A stretch of 37,678 nt of DNA from Candidatus Jorgensenbacteria bacterium (lineage in GTDB: Bacteria; Patescibacteriota; Minisyncoccia; UBA6257; GWB1-50-10): assembly GCA_016234345.1 (NCBI GenBank), contig JACRFG010000076.1, positions 1 to 37,678 on the forward strand, read 5' to 3'. How positions within the stretch are numbered: the first letter of the stretch is position 1; every line of letters begins with the position of its first letter. The notes under the pieces were generated by a model that was not told where the DNA came from, made no database searches, and saw only the letters and a program-made list of their open reading frames with translations. The position numbers were made by a program, and so were the translations under genes. Below are positions 1 to 9,249 of this stretch, one piece after another.

Positions 1-789
1 TCTAAAAAGCAACCTCTGAGGAACGGTCATTCCTTCTGCATAAACTGAGTTTGATTGCTGAATAATTGAACCGATCCAGTTACAGCTGCCGGCCGGATTA
101 GGACTGTTATCATTCGAACACTGAGCAAAATCAGTCGGAAGTGAGTCGGTGAATGTTGTTTCGACTAACTTTTCACCAGAAACAGTACTGACCACCGCGT
201 TATAAACCGGCACAAAAAGATCGCTAAGAGTGTGGAAGTAAGTAAACGAACCTTGTTCGTCGGTAGTAAGGTTAATCGAGGTATCGTTATAATTCTCATC
301 TTCTACAGTACCGCCGAAAATTCTTAAAACAACATTCTGTACAGCTTGAAATAAACTACCAAAAAATCCGACGGTTTCACCTGGATGATAGTCGGATTTA
401 TCAGTCGTAAGAACCGGCGCAACAGTAACGGTTGTTTGCGTCGCCGAAGATGGAGTTGTGTTACTTGCAGATGTATCGCTCGTAGATGTATTGTCTACCG
501 GAACATCTGTCGTAACCGATTCAGTTGATGGAGTAGATTCTTCGACTGCTGACGTTGTCGGAGAATCGACTACATTATTTTCTTCAGTACTAACTGAAGT
601 TGAATCGTCGCTCGGAGCAACGACGGTCTCATCGCTCGGTGACGTTGTGGCGTCTACCGAAGAGACAACGGAACTATCCGCTTCCTCGGCTTGAGTGAAC
701 GGAACCATCGACCCACTTACAAAAAAGAGCTGCGCCGCTATGACTGCGACGACCAGCAAAAAGCTGGATTTGGTATTAAATTTTTTCAT
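1..789 (-). CDS. Large secreted/surface protein, N-terminal part (runs off the window start)
   Basis: Manual translation from ATG at 789: MKKFNTKSSFLLVVAVIAAQLFF signal/TM, an S/T/D/E-rich linker, an Ig-like LTTDKSDYHPGETV segment and CSNDNSPNPAGSCNWIGS. The frame stays open to position 1. Absent from the ORF track because it is truncated. Confidence 0.85.
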   Translation of the reverse strand, partial: MKKFNTKSSFLLVVAVIAAQLFFVSGSMVPFTQAEEADSSVVSSVDATTSPSDETVVAPSDDSTSVSTEENNVVDSPTTSAVEESTPSTESVTTDVPVDNTSTSDTSASNTTPSSATQTTVTVAPVLTTDKSDYHPGETVGFFGSLFQAVQNVVLRIFGGTVEDENYNDTSINLTTDEQGSFTYFHTLSDLFVPVYNAVVSTVSGEKLVETTFTDSLPTDFAQCSNDNSPNPAGSCNWIGSIIQQSNSVYAEGMTVPQRLLFR

Positions 790-932
790 GCGTTTTAAAT
801 ATTTTGACCTTGATTTACCCTTCGAAAGGTATGGTGTTTAAGACTAACAAGCCATAAAAACACCGTCAACCTAATCATATATGAATATCATAAGTTAATA
901 TAATAGTCAAGGGGCCAAAAACATGCCCCACC

Positions 933-941
933 TGTTACAAT
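933..941 (+). promoter_or_regulatory. Extended -10 promoter (TGTTACAAT), probably leaderless transcript
   Basis: TGn-TAnAAT ends 6 nt before ATG 948; no SD. Confidence 0.5.
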
Positions 942-947
942 AAAAGC

Positions 948-2279
948 ATGAAAATACATAAGAAGCTTACCGAACGATATAAATGGTATGAGGCCTGGCA
1001 TCGCCACCCCCGGCACCAACACCATCACTGGTTTGTACTAATTCTTATTTCAATCGCTTTCGTAACCGCTGCTGTTTTTACCACTCCCCCGCCGCCTCCG
1101 GAGAAACTCCAGGCCAATTTAAATATTCCGCATAATCTTTCCATGGGAAAAAATTTGGGGAGCGCTCCTGATCACATTTTAGTTAAATTTAGAGATGATG
1201 TGCCTGCTAACGAACGCGCCCAGGCACTCAAACGACACAATCTGCAAGACAAAACAGAAATCAAGGGAATTGATGTAAGAATTGTCTCAATACCGGACGG
1301 GAGCGACCCACTCGAAGAGATACAAAAATTACAAAACCAGGAAGGACAGCGCATTGAATTCGCTGAAGTTGACATGCTTCTCGCGCCAAGCGCGACACCC
1401 AATGATCCGGAATATATAAATGAGTGGCATCTCGCAAAAATCAATGCGCCGAGCGCGTGGGATACGACACGGGGAGAAAATATAACTATAGCAATCGCCG
1501 ACACGGGCGTTGACTCTACGCATCCGGACTTAGCGCCCCATCTTGTACCCGGTTGGAATCTCGCAGAAAATAATAGTGACACAAACGATGTCTATGGCCA
1601 CGGCACGGCAGTCGCGGGAACTGCAGCCGCCGTCGGCGATAACTCACTCCAAGTAACCGGACTTGCTTATAACGCCTACATCATGCCGCTTCGCATAAGC
1701 GACATAAACGGCAATGCCTATTACTCAATAATTGCGAACGCCATAACCTATGCGGCTGATCATGGCGCAAAAATAGTAAACGTAAGTTACCAAGCGGGTG
1801 GAAGCGCTACTGTCGAGCGGGCCGCGCGATATCTAAAAAAGAAAGGTGGTTTAGCAGTAGTGGCCGAGGGAAACACCGGCGGCTTATCAGCCGATTCCAA
1901 CAGTCAAAGCTTGATTAACGTTGCCGCGACCGACAGCTACGATTCGCGAGCCGGGTGGTCTACCTATGGCAATGATGTTGACGTTGCGGCGCCGGGCCAA
2001 GTGATTTTGAGCACCGCGCGAGGCGGCGCCACAAACTACTGGTCGGGCACATCTTTCTCGGCTCCGCTTGTAAGCGGGCTTCTGGCTCTAATCTGGTCAG
2101 CCAATCCCAACCTCACCCCCGACAATGTTCAAGATATTCTTTTCTCGTCATCTCTTGATCTAGGAGAACCCGGATGGGACCAATATTACGGCTGGGGCAG
2201 GATTGATGCAGCGGCAGCGGTCGCAAACACTTTAACAAGCAAAACTTCGCCAAACACCGTTCCAAAAGGGAGGAGATAG
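948..2279 (+). CDS. Membrane-anchored S8 (subtilisin/thermitase-like) serine peptidase
   Basis: Catalytic triad motifs IADTGVD, HGTAVAG, GTSFSAP; propeptide domain; N-terminal TM; YYGWGRIDA C-terminal motif. Confidence 0.95.
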   Translation: MKIHKKLTERYKWYEAWHRHPRHQHHHWFVLILISIAFVTAAVFTTPPPPPEKLQANLNIPHNLSMGKNLGSAPDHILVKFRDDVPANERAQALKRHNLQDKTEIKGIDVRIVSIPDGSDPLEEIQKLQNQEGQRIEFAEVDMLLAPSATPNDPEYINEWHLAKINAPSAWDTTRGENITIAIADTGVDSTHPDLAPHLVPGWNLAENNSDTNDVYGHGTAVAGTAAAVGDNSLQVTGLAYNAYIMPLRISDINGNAYYSIIANAITYAADHGAKIVNVSYQAGGSATVERAARYLKKKGGLAVVAEGNTGGLSADSNSQSLINVAATDSYDSRAGWSTYGNDVDVAAPGQVILSTARGGATNYWSGTSFSAPLVSGLLALIWSANPNLTPDNVQDILFSSSLDLGEPGWDQYYGWGRIDAAAAVANTLTSKTSPNTVPKGRR

Positions 2280-2308
2280 ATAGATTGGTTAATCGCCGCG
2301 TTTCAAAC

Positions 2309-2337
2309 AAAAAATCGTCCGACTTGGACGATTTTTT
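2309..2337. terminator. Bidirectional intrinsic terminator
   Basis: aaaaaatcgtcc-gactt-ggacgatttttt between convergent genes. Confidence 0.8.
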
Positions 2338-2362
2338 AATTTTGTCTTAACCTTTTTAACTA

Positions 2363-2779
2363 TTACCAAAACGCTAAAATAGAAATCGTGATCAAAAGAG
2401 AAACAAACTGATAAGCAATGTTGAAGAGATAAAGCTTGGCTGACTTCCCTTCCCAAAGCACCGAGTTCGCAAGCGTTGTTGCAAAAAATCCGAGCCACAC
2501 CAAAAACGTGAACATGAAGACACCAACCACATCCGTAATATTCAAAGCATTAATAAAGTAAGCGAGCACGTACGTCATAACCAAAACACTCACAAAGCCG
2601 AGCGTCATAGCTTTCTTTGGCGTCATCTTCATGGCTTTCATGTTCTCATGCGTAATGCCGGCCAGACGCATCCAATGTTTGCCGAAAAGCGGACCGTGCC
2701 AAGCAGCACCAATAACAAAATTAACAATAGCTGCGACCAAAACCGCCAAACAATTAATACTAAAGGTAAAATCAAACAT
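2363..2779 (-). CDS. DUF1761-like 4-TM membrane protein
   Basis: INxLAVLVAAI..F.IGAAW.GPLFGKxWM signature; four hydrophobic helices. Confidence 0.8.
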   Translation of the reverse strand: MFDFTFSINCLAVLVAAIVNFVIGAAWHGPLFGKHWMRLAGITHENMKAMKMTPKKAMTLGFVSVLVMTYVLAYFINALNITDVVGVFMFTFLVWLGFFATTLANSVLWEGKSAKLYLFNIAYQFVSLLITISILAFW

Positions 2780-2786
2780 AAATATA

Positions 2787-2795
2787 ATTATAGCA
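2787..2795 (-). promoter_or_regulatory. Extended -10 promoter (TGCTATAAT), probably leaderless transcript
   Basis: Consensus TGnTATAAT 7 nt before ATG 2779; no SD. Confidence 0.55.
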
Positions 2796-2852
2796 AAAAC
2801 GAATTCGAGATACGGTTATTTATTCATACATACAAATTAGGATTAAGTGTGT

Positions 2853-2888
2853 GCCTCAAAAATCACGCATATGCGTGATTTTTGAGGC
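2853..2888. repeat. Perfect 36-bp palindrome with no spacer
   Basis: gcctcaaaaatcacgcat|atgcgtgatttttgaggc in a divergent intergenic region. Confidence 0.9.
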
Positions 2889-3010
2889 GTCATAAAACAT
2901 AATTTTAGAATCACAAAAAATCTGACAAACTTTACATCTCAATATTTTCGTGTTATTATTTATCCAGTACATCAAATGCAATATCCTATACCAGAAGAAA
3001 GGAAACAAAA

Positions 3011-4018
3011 GTGAGCCCATATCAAATCACCGTCATCCCCGGAGACGGCATTGGCCCAGAGGTTATTGACTCCGCCATGCGCGTCGTTGAAGCGACCAAA
3101 ATCCCAGTTGCCTGGCATATCTCCCACGCAGGAGAACATACACAGATAAGGGAAGGCAATCCGCTCCCGGAAAAAACCATCGAATCCATAAAACACTCGC
3201 GAGTGGCAATTAAAGGACCGACCAATACACCGGTTGGAAGCGGTTTCCGAAGCATCAACGTCGAGCTCAGAAAGATTTTTGATCTCTTCGCGAATGTCCG
3301 CCCGGTCGTGTCGATCCCCGGCATCACAACACTCTTCTCGAATGTCGATGTCGTGATATTTCGTGAAAACACCGAAGACCTCTACATTGGCGAAGAACGC
3401 ATGGCAAAAGACGGCGTCGCGGAAGCAGTAAGCCGGATCACGCGCGACGGAAGCGAACGCATCGCACGATACGCATTCGAATATGCCGTACGACACAATC
3501 GGAAAAAGGTGACTGTAGTCCACAAAGCCAATATCCTGAAACTCACCCACGGCCTTTTCCTCGAAACCGCGCGCGGCGTAGCAAAGAGTTATCCAAAGAT
3601 AGAATTCAACAACATGATTGCCGACAACTTCATGCTCCAGCTCGTACGGAACCACAAACAATTCGACTGCATACTCCTGCCGAATTTCTTGGGCGACTTG
3701 GCCTCAGACCTCTGCGCGGGACTCGTCGGCGGGCTCGGATTAGCTCCGGGAGCGAACATCGGAAAAAAGTACGCGATCTTCGAAGCGGTTCACGGAACCG
3801 CACCCGATATCATGGGGAAAAAGATCGCAAACCCGACCGCGATCATTCTTTCAGCCGCGCTCATGCTTGAACATATTGGAGAATTTGATGCCGCGAAACG
3901 AGTAACGAATGCGGTAAAGAAAGTTTTGGTTGAGGGCGTATACGTGACCCCAGACATAAATCCGGGCCACCACGTTTCAACCGATACGTTTACTAACGCG
4001 ATTATCAGTAACCTATAA
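3011..4018 (+). CDS. Isocitrate/isopropylmalate dehydrogenase family protein (short, NAD-IDH-like)
   Basis: IPGDGIGPEV, RSINVELRK..DLFANVRP, RENTEDLY, VHKANI, FEAVHGTAPDI, ANPTA motifs; GTG start with SD GAAAGGA. Confidence 0.92.
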   Translation: MSPYQITVIPGDGIGPEVIDSAMRVVEATKIPVAWHISHAGEHTQIREGNPLPEKTIESIKHSRVAIKGPTNTPVGSGFRSINVELRKIFDLFANVRPVVSIPGITTLFSNVDVVIFRENTEDLYIGEERMAKDGVAEAVSRITRDGSERIARYAFEYAVRHNRKKVTVVHKANILKLTHGLFLETARGVAKSYPKIEFNNMIADNFMLQLVRNHKQFDCILLPNFLGDLASDLCAGLVGGLGLAPGANIGKKYAIFEAVHGTAPDIMGKKIANPTAIILSAALMLEHIGEFDAAKRVTNAVKKVLVEGVYVTPDINPGHHVSTDTFTNAIISNL

Positions 4019-4026
4019 CATTTATC

Positions 4027-4057
4027 AAAACCGTCTGACCTAAATCAGACGGTTTTT
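4027..4057 (+). terminator. Intrinsic terminator of the IDH-family gene
   Basis: aaaaccgtctga-cctaaa-tcagacggttttt. Confidence 0.8.
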
Positions 4058-4085
4058 GCGTTTTTATGCATACTATATATAGAAG

Positions 4086-4110
4086 GAGCCACTGTTAAAA
4101 ACAGTGGCTC
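4086..4110 (-). terminator. Hairpin, probable terminator of the vWA gene
   Basis: gagccactgtt-aaa-aacagtggctc just downstream of the vWA stop. Confidence 0.6.
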
Positions 4111-4126
4111 TTGTATTACGTCAAAA

Positions 4127-5224
4127 CTAACGATCGAGATCAACTTCATAAAGGAATTGGGTTCCGCCGATCAACTTGCGGTTAACCGAAGTGCTCTGCA
4201 CAAACACATCGAAATCTTCCAAAGCTGCCGGACGGATCCGAGCGGTCTTACCTTCGGAAAGACCTATCATCTTTCGGGCGGTTTTGCCGGAATACATATC
4301 TCCGGTCGCCTTATCCCGAAGCACGACTTCTTTATACCCTTGGATAGTCTCGGCCTTGGTGAACTGATAGAAGCCGCGGCCTTTCTTGAACACGAGACTG
4401 TTCTCTTCCACAAATTCACGGATGGGAATATCGTCGTCGACGCTCAAAATCTGGAAACGTCCCGGAGGAACTACTTCCAACGATCGCGGCGCACGAGAAA
4501 ATCTCGAAGATACCGGACGATCGGAGAGCCAAGCAAAACTCGCGTCCAACGTGCGGGTCATCCGACCAGAGTCTTCAATCTCTTCTTCCAAGCGTTTCAG
4601 CTGTTCCCGACCGCCTTGCTTAAGGCAAATCGCGGTCAGCAAATCGGTCACTTCGGAAAACTGATCAAGAAGGAAATGATATCCGCCGGTTCGTTCGGCA
4701 AGTTCCCGATAAAATGATGATGCGTGGCTTCCCTTGCTCAAACACTGGACCGCATACACGACAACGCCCATCGCAGCGAGTGCATCCGCTTCTTTACGCC
4801 AATCCAATCCTTTACCGTTATGACGGACATTTTGTAAGTCATAAGGCGCGTGAGGCACATCATCGGCAACGAGTACAAGAACTTTCTTGGCGTTATGCCG
4901 CCAATCCAATTCTTGCGCCTCGCGAAGAACGAGTTCGTAACATTCGGGCAGGTCTCCGCCGTTCGTGTTTTTAACTTCGCGAACAAAACGGCAAAGCCGA
5001 TGAATATCGGACGTAAGACCACTCCACGTGGTTACGTAAGTGCTATTTTTGTCACAGTAATCCCCGTTCGCACCCATGCCGATACGAAGATTAGGGACTT
5101 CCTTAAAAAGCCTAGTCAATGAATCTTCAACGCTCTTTCGAACTACTCCGATACAAGGGGACATGGATCCGGTCGTATCAAAATTGAACACCACCTCAAC
5201 ATGTCCGTTAGTGCTTCCTTTCAA
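4127..5224 (-). CDS. von Willebrand factor A domain protein with an uncharacterised C-terminal domain
   Basis: MIDAS-like FDTTGSM, GDYCD, GGDLPECYE, LVADDVPH; TTG start with SD GAAAGGAG. Confidence 0.88.
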   Translation of the reverse strand: MKGSTNGHVEVVFNFDTTGSMSPCIGVVRKSVEDSLTRLFKEVPNLRIGMGANGDYCDKNSTYVTTWSGLTSDIHRLCRFVREVKNTNGGDLPECYELVLREAQELDWRHNAKKVLVLVADDVPHAPYDLQNVRHNGKGLDWRKEADALAAMGVVVYAVQCLSKGSHASSFYRELAERTGGYHFLLDQFSEVTDLLTAICLKQGGREQLKRLEEEIEDSGRMTRTLDASFAWLSDRPVSSRFSRAPRSLEVVPPGRFQILSVDDDIPIREFVEENSLVFKKGRGFYQFTKAETIQGYKEVVLRDKATGDMYSGKTARKMIGLSEGKTARIRPAALEDFDVFVQSTSVNRKLIGGTQFLYEVDLDR

Positions 5225-5358
5225 AAACTGATCTCCTTTCTATTATTTTTAAACGTGCTTTGCCTAAAGCCAAAATTAGAAGCTCCAAGGCGATGCTAGT
5301 GTGACACAACTATATTCTCATGTCAAGTTAAGAATAGGATATGTAAAAAAAAAACAAC

Positions 5359-5889
5359 CTAGTATGCGCGCAAAGGATTACTCTGGATTATCCGATCAAC
5401 TTCTTCATAGCCGGGAGGAAAAGCAAAGTTATAACGAGCCGGTAAAGCAAAAACATATCTGGGATTTCGTCCAAGTTCACTCGGACCGATCGGAGTCGCC
5501 CCGATATGAAATTTTTCCTTCTGAAGATCAATCCATTGATCGAGCGTGAAAACCATTATCGGAATGTCCTGGTATGGGACAGCGGCAGTCCATTTTGGAT
5601 TGTGTATAGAGACGACCGGCCCATCAGTAAACGCCGTATCGCCAAGCTCGTCATTAATAGCGTAGCCGGTCCACTTATCCACGGTGACGGAATATCCTTT
5701 CCAACTTATAGGCAACGATAAACTAAACCTATATTCCGTGTTTTTATATTCCAAAGAAGTCTCGGTATTTTTTATATCGGGAACAACGGGGCCGGGTGAA
5801 TTTTTAAAACTGACAAAGTGCCAAACAACCCAAACAAAAATAATGATGGCGATACCAAAAACAATTTTTAATATCAGGGTTTTATTCAT
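5359..5889 (-). CDS. Hypothetical membrane-anchored extracellular protein
   Basis: N-terminal TM, then YKNTEYRFSLSLPISW (PsbP-like start motif); its start overlaps the upstream stop (ATGA). Confidence 0.8.
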   Translation of the reverse strand: MNKTLILKIVFGIAIIIFVWVVWHFVSFKNSPGPVVPDIKNTETSLEYKNTEYRFSLSLPISWKGYSVTVDKWTGYAINDELGDTAFTDGPVVSIHNPKWTAAVPYQDIPIMVFTLDQWIDLQKEKFHIGATPIGPSELGRNPRYVFALPARYNFAFPPGYEEVDRIIQSNPLRAY

Positions 5890-6488
5890 AACGATAAGGT
5901 CTTACTCCGGATTCGTTTTATAGCGAAATCGCTCCGGGAATACATTATGCCGCCATAGATAAAAATCGATCCTAAGATCGCATGCAAAGATGCGTTTAAC
6001 AGAATATCGCCGCGTAGGGTAAAGAGCATGAGCGATAAGGCACCCCAGGCAAGAGTAGCCGGAATCTTTATATGCCAATATTTTGGTTCGAGAAGATGGC
6101 ACGTCGAATAGATCGGGACAACCAATAACACAACAATCCAAAAATCAAGCAGGCCGGATAAATAGTAAGCGATCGAGACGAGAGTTAACTGTTGTATAAG
6201 CGCCGAAAGCACGTACAAAAAACCAAAACGGCCCAAGAGAAGAGGGGTGGCCGCGGTTACCACCGCAAAAAACAGTACGGAAGAGAAATAAAAATTCCAC
6301 GGAAACGGGCGGGAGGCAAAATGGAGCAGATATTGGCTCAAAAAAATTGAAAGACAGAGAGCGCCGTGGACGACCAACATACGAAAAACAGTGCCCGATC
6401 GGCGGGGAAAAAAACCGATAATGCCAAATACGAGCAGTACCGGGAGAAAATATGCGATGAACCATCCTCCGAGCGCAGAGAGAATCAT
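5886..6488 (-). CDS. Polytopic membrane protein, possibly a degenerate CPBP/Abi-like fold
   Basis: About 7 TM helices; IQQL, YSTCH and SLHAILG fall where CPBP motifs EExxxR, FxxxH and HxxxN would be. Confidence 0.65.
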   Translation of the reverse strand: MILSALGGWFIAYFLPVLLVFGIIGFFPRRSGTVFRMLVVHGALCLSIFLSQYLLHFASRPFPWNFYFSSVLFFAVVTAATPLLLGRFGFLYVLSALIQQLTLVSIAYYLSGLLDFWIVVLLVVPIYSTCHLLEPKYWHIKIPATLAWGALSLMLFTLRGDILLNASLHAILGSIFIYGGIMYSRSDFAIKRIRSKTLSL

Positions 6489-6559
6489 GATGCAAAAGAA
6501 TTAACTCTAATTTTATCACGAATTTAAAAATATGAACCGGCTGCACTTATGACAGCCGG

Positions 6560-6922
6560 TTATCTTCCGAGTAACGAATTAATGCCCCACAAAATAAGCG
6601 TCCAAGCGAATACCGCTACCAGAGCGTAGACGATGCGCTTCGGCGGTATTTCCACACGGAAATATTTCTTCATATAATGGCGGACAAAGGCGCCCTCATA
6701 TACTTCGTCAGGAGCGCACTTTGAGAGCATCGCTTTTTCGAAAATGGTTAATGAGCACTGCCACTTGCACGCCCACTGGTGAAGCAGGGTAAGACCCAAG
6801 AAAAGAATGTGAACCGGAACGTACCCGGGGTGAAACAGTCCCACGATTGCACCCACAAAAATCCATAACAACAAAACCCAGTGCAGCAAAAAGGCGGAAC
6901 GCGCTAACAGTCTGTATATCAC
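6560..6922 (-). CDS. DUF2784-like membrane protein
   Basis: LLH..F..G, WQCSLTIFE, Y.GAFVRHY pattern; GTG start with SD AGGAGG. Confidence 0.7.
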   Translation of the reverse strand: MIYRLLARSAFLLHWVLLLWIFVGAIVGLFHPGYVPVHILFLGLTLLHQWACKWQCSLTIFEKAMLSKCAPDEVYEGAFVRHYMKKYFRVEIPPKRIVYALVAVFAWTLILWGINSLLGR

Positions 6923-6997
6923 AGAAACCTCCTATCCTAGGAATTAATTAAATAGAACTTTCCCCATACTATTGCGAAAGCACCAAAAAGTAAATTG

Positions 6998-7084
6998 CGG
7001 TGGGGGTGAGATTCGAACTCACGATACCCTTTCGGGTATAACGGTTTTCAAGACCGTCCCTTTCAACCACTCAGGCACCCCACC
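6998..7084 (-). tRNA. tRNA-Ser(UGA)
   Basis: GGTGGGG/CCCCACC acceptor, ACGGT-CTTGAAA-ACCGT anticodon arm, long variable arm, TTCGAAT T-loop, G73. Confidence 0.97.
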
Positions 7085-7129
7085 TTTACAGAAAAAGATT
7101 ACCTCAAAATTTTCTATCGGTAAACACAA

Positions 7130-7153
7130 AAACCCAACCATACGGTTGGGTTT
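7130..7153 (-). terminator. Intrinsic terminator
   Basis: aaacccaacc-atac-ggttgggttt, followed by a T-tract on the minus strand after the Zn-ribbon ORF. Confidence 0.7.
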
Positions 7154-7170
7154 GTTATATAAACTAAAAC

Positions 7171-7401
7171 TTAAAGTGCCGGAACAGCGCTGCTAATTTG
7201 CAAATCTCGAATATTTAAGGCGCTACCGCCACACATTCTGCACGTCGCCTCTTGTCGCAACCAATGCCATACGTAATAGCATTTTGAACATTCATGTCGA
7301 TACATAACCGCCCTGGGCAAACCGCCATCGCCCTTCCCCAAGGACGGTTGGCTCCTGTTAATCAATCCGATCATACGATCTAATTCCTTATTGTTGCTCA
7401 A
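7171..7401 (-). CDS. Small zinc-ribbon protein
   Basis: CSKC...CRMCG; likely TTG start at 7401 after SD GAAAGGA (the ORF-track start at 7518 overlaps the sufB terminator). Confidence 0.6.
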   Translation of the reverse strand: MSNNKELDRMIGLINRSQPSLGKGDGGLPRAVMYRHECSKCYYVWHWLRQEATCRMCGGSALNIRDLQISSAVPAL

Positions 7402-7492
7402 GGAAATTTTCCTTTCTTTTTTAAATAGTGAGTTAAATGTAAAAGAACAGAAGGCATAGTTTATCACAGAATGATTTTTATAGCAAGAATAC

Positions 7493-7524
7493 AAAAATCC
7501 CGTTGGCCAATGGACCAACGGGAT
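7493..7524 (-). terminator. Intrinsic terminator of sufB
   Basis: atcccgttgg...ccaacgggat stem with a T-tract on the minus strand directly after the sufB stop. Confidence 0.75.
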
Positions 7525-7529
7525 GTAAT

Positions 7530-8978
7530 TTATCCAACACTACCCTCGAGACTGATGCCTAAAAGTTTCTGAGCTTCTACCGCGAACTCCATAGGGAGCT
7601 CCTTAAACACTTCTTTGCAGAATCCGCTCACAATCATATTTATCGCATCTTCCGGTTTGATGCCCCGTTGTCGGCAGTAAAAAAGCTGATCTTCGCCGAT
7701 CTTTGAAGTCGATGCCTCATGCTCGATCTGCGCGGTACTATTGTTGACTTCCAAATAAGGAAAGGTGTGGGCGCCGCACTCGTCGCCAACCAAGAGCGAA
7801 TCGCACTGCGAATAGTTTCTGGCGCGATCGGCTTTTTTCACGACTTTGACTAAACCGCGATATGAATTTTGCCCATGGCCGGCTGCAATACCTTTAGAAA
7901 CAATGGTGCTCTTCGTGTTTTTCCCTATATGGATCATCTTGGTTCCGGTATCGGCTTGCTGATAACGAGAAGTGACGGCCACCGAGTAGAATTCTCCGAT
8001 CGAATTATCACCTATCAAGAGGCAGCTCGGGTATTTCCAGGTAATGGCTGCGCCGGCTTCAACTTGCGTCCATGATATTTTCGAGTTGCGACCGGCGCAC
8101 TTGCCGCGCTTGGTCACAAAGTTGTAGATTCCACCGCGACCGAGTTCGTCGCCGGGATACCAATTCTGAATGGTCGAGTACTTGATTTGAGCATTATCGT
8201 GCGCGATAAGTTCCACGACAGCTGCGTGGAGCTGTTTTTCCGAACGTACCGGCGCACTGCAACCTTCAAGATAACTCACATAGCTTCCTTCATCGGCGAT
8301 GATAAGTGTCCGCTCGAATTGACCGGTTTCAGGATTATTCATGCGAAAGTAAGTTGAGAGTTCCATCGGGCAACGCACGCCCTTAGGTATATAAACGAAC
8401 GAACCATCGCTAAACACCGCAGAGTTCAAAGCGGAGAAAAAATTGTCGGTGTAGGGCACGACCGAACCCAAATATTTACGAACCAACTCCGGATGGTTTT
8501 GAACCGCTTCGGAGAACGAACAAAAAATAATGCCGTGTTTGGCCAATTCTTCTTTAAAGGTTGTTGCAACGGAAACGCTATCAAACACGGCATCAACCGC
8601 GACACCCACGAGCCGCTTTTGTTCTCCAAGAGAAATGCCCAACTTTTCGTACGTCTTCAAAATCTCGGGATCGACATCAGATAGGCTTGCCGGACCTCTC
8701 AATTTCGATTTGGGTGCGGCGTAATAAATTTGATCTTGATAATCAATGGGATCGTGTTTGATATTAGCCCATGTAGGCTCTTGTATGGTGAGCCAGTGTC
8801 GATACGCCTTAAGACGCCACTCAAGAAGCCATGCCGGTTCCTGTTTCTTCGCAGAAATAAAACGGACCGTGTCTTCATTTAAACCTCTCGCCGCTGTATC
8901 TGATTCAACCTGAGTTTCAAAACCGTACTGGTACGGACGGTCAACAAATTCTTGAGCTTTCTTTTCGTCAGTCGACAT
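7530..8978 (-). CDS. sufB: Fe-S cluster assembly protein SufB
   Basis: [75 protein letters not shown]; start at ATG 8978 after GGAG. Confidence 0.97.
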   Translation of the reverse strand: MSTDEKKAQEFVDRPYQYGFETQVESDTAARGLNEDTVRFISAKKQEPAWLLEWRLKAYRHWLTIQEPTWANIKHDPIDYQDQIYYAAPKSKLRGPASLSDVDPEILKTYEKLGISLGEQKRLVGVAVDAVFDSVSVATTFKEELAKHGIIFCSFSEAVQNHPELVRKYLGSVVPYTDNFFSALNSAVFSDGSFVYIPKGVRCPMELSTYFRMNNPETGQFERTLIIADEGSYVSYLEGCSAPVRSEKQLHAAVVELIAHDNAQIKYSTIQNWYPGDELGRGGIYNFVTKRGKCAGRNSKISWTQVEAGAAITWKYPSCLLIGDNSIGEFYSVAVTSRYQQADTGTKMIHIGKNTKSTIVSKGIAAGHGQNSYRGLVKVVKKADRARNYSQCDSLLVGDECGAHTFPYLEVNNSTAQIEHEASTSKIGEDQLFYCRQRGIKPEDAINMIVSGFCKEVFKELPMEFAVEAQKLLGISLEGSVG

Positions 8979-9053
8979 AATCACTCCAATCAATATTAAG
9001 TTTTCGGATACTATCTAGAAGTATACAACCGATACGCACAAATTCGTCAACTT

Positions 9054-9070
9054 TGGTGGACCTGCGGGGA
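9054..9070 (-). repeat. Duplicate of the tRNA-Ala 3' end with encoded CCA (att-like)
   Basis: Minus strand TCCCCGCAGGTCCACCA; gtggacctgcgggga is identical at 9056-9070 and 9249-9263. Confidence 0.9.
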
Positions 9071-9248
9071 ATTTCACGTCGTCCTTCAATTTGGCTCAGG
9101 ACTCCTTAAAAACCTCTCGGTTTTTAATTCCGCCTCGGATGGCTCATTCCTACACGGGGAAAACTAACTTTCCCCCGACCCCCTTTTGCGTTCAACTCCC
9201 CCGTCATAAAAACAAACAAGCTCCTAATTCTAGAAGCTTGCTTTGTTT
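9071..9248 (-). other. Structured non-coding spacer between tRNA-Ala and its duplicated 3' end
   Basis: Hairpins at 9106-9127, 9129-9139, 9156-9175 and 9210-9248; a 12-nt antisense copy of the tRNA T-arm at 9190-9201. Confidence 0.65.
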
Positions 9249-9249
9249 G

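Noticed and set aside
2972..3661. 229-aa minus-strand ORF and similar antisense ORFs (e.g. 4157-4717, 22922-23443, 458-694)
   Set aside because: Antisense shadows of well-supported genes, with no recognisable motifs.
7530..8978. Intein in SufB
   Set aside because: Normal length (482 aa) and contiguous motifs.
9071..9110. Hammerhead ribozyme
   Set aside because: CTGA and GAAA occur on the minus strand, but the CUGAnGA core and three-stem geometry are absent.
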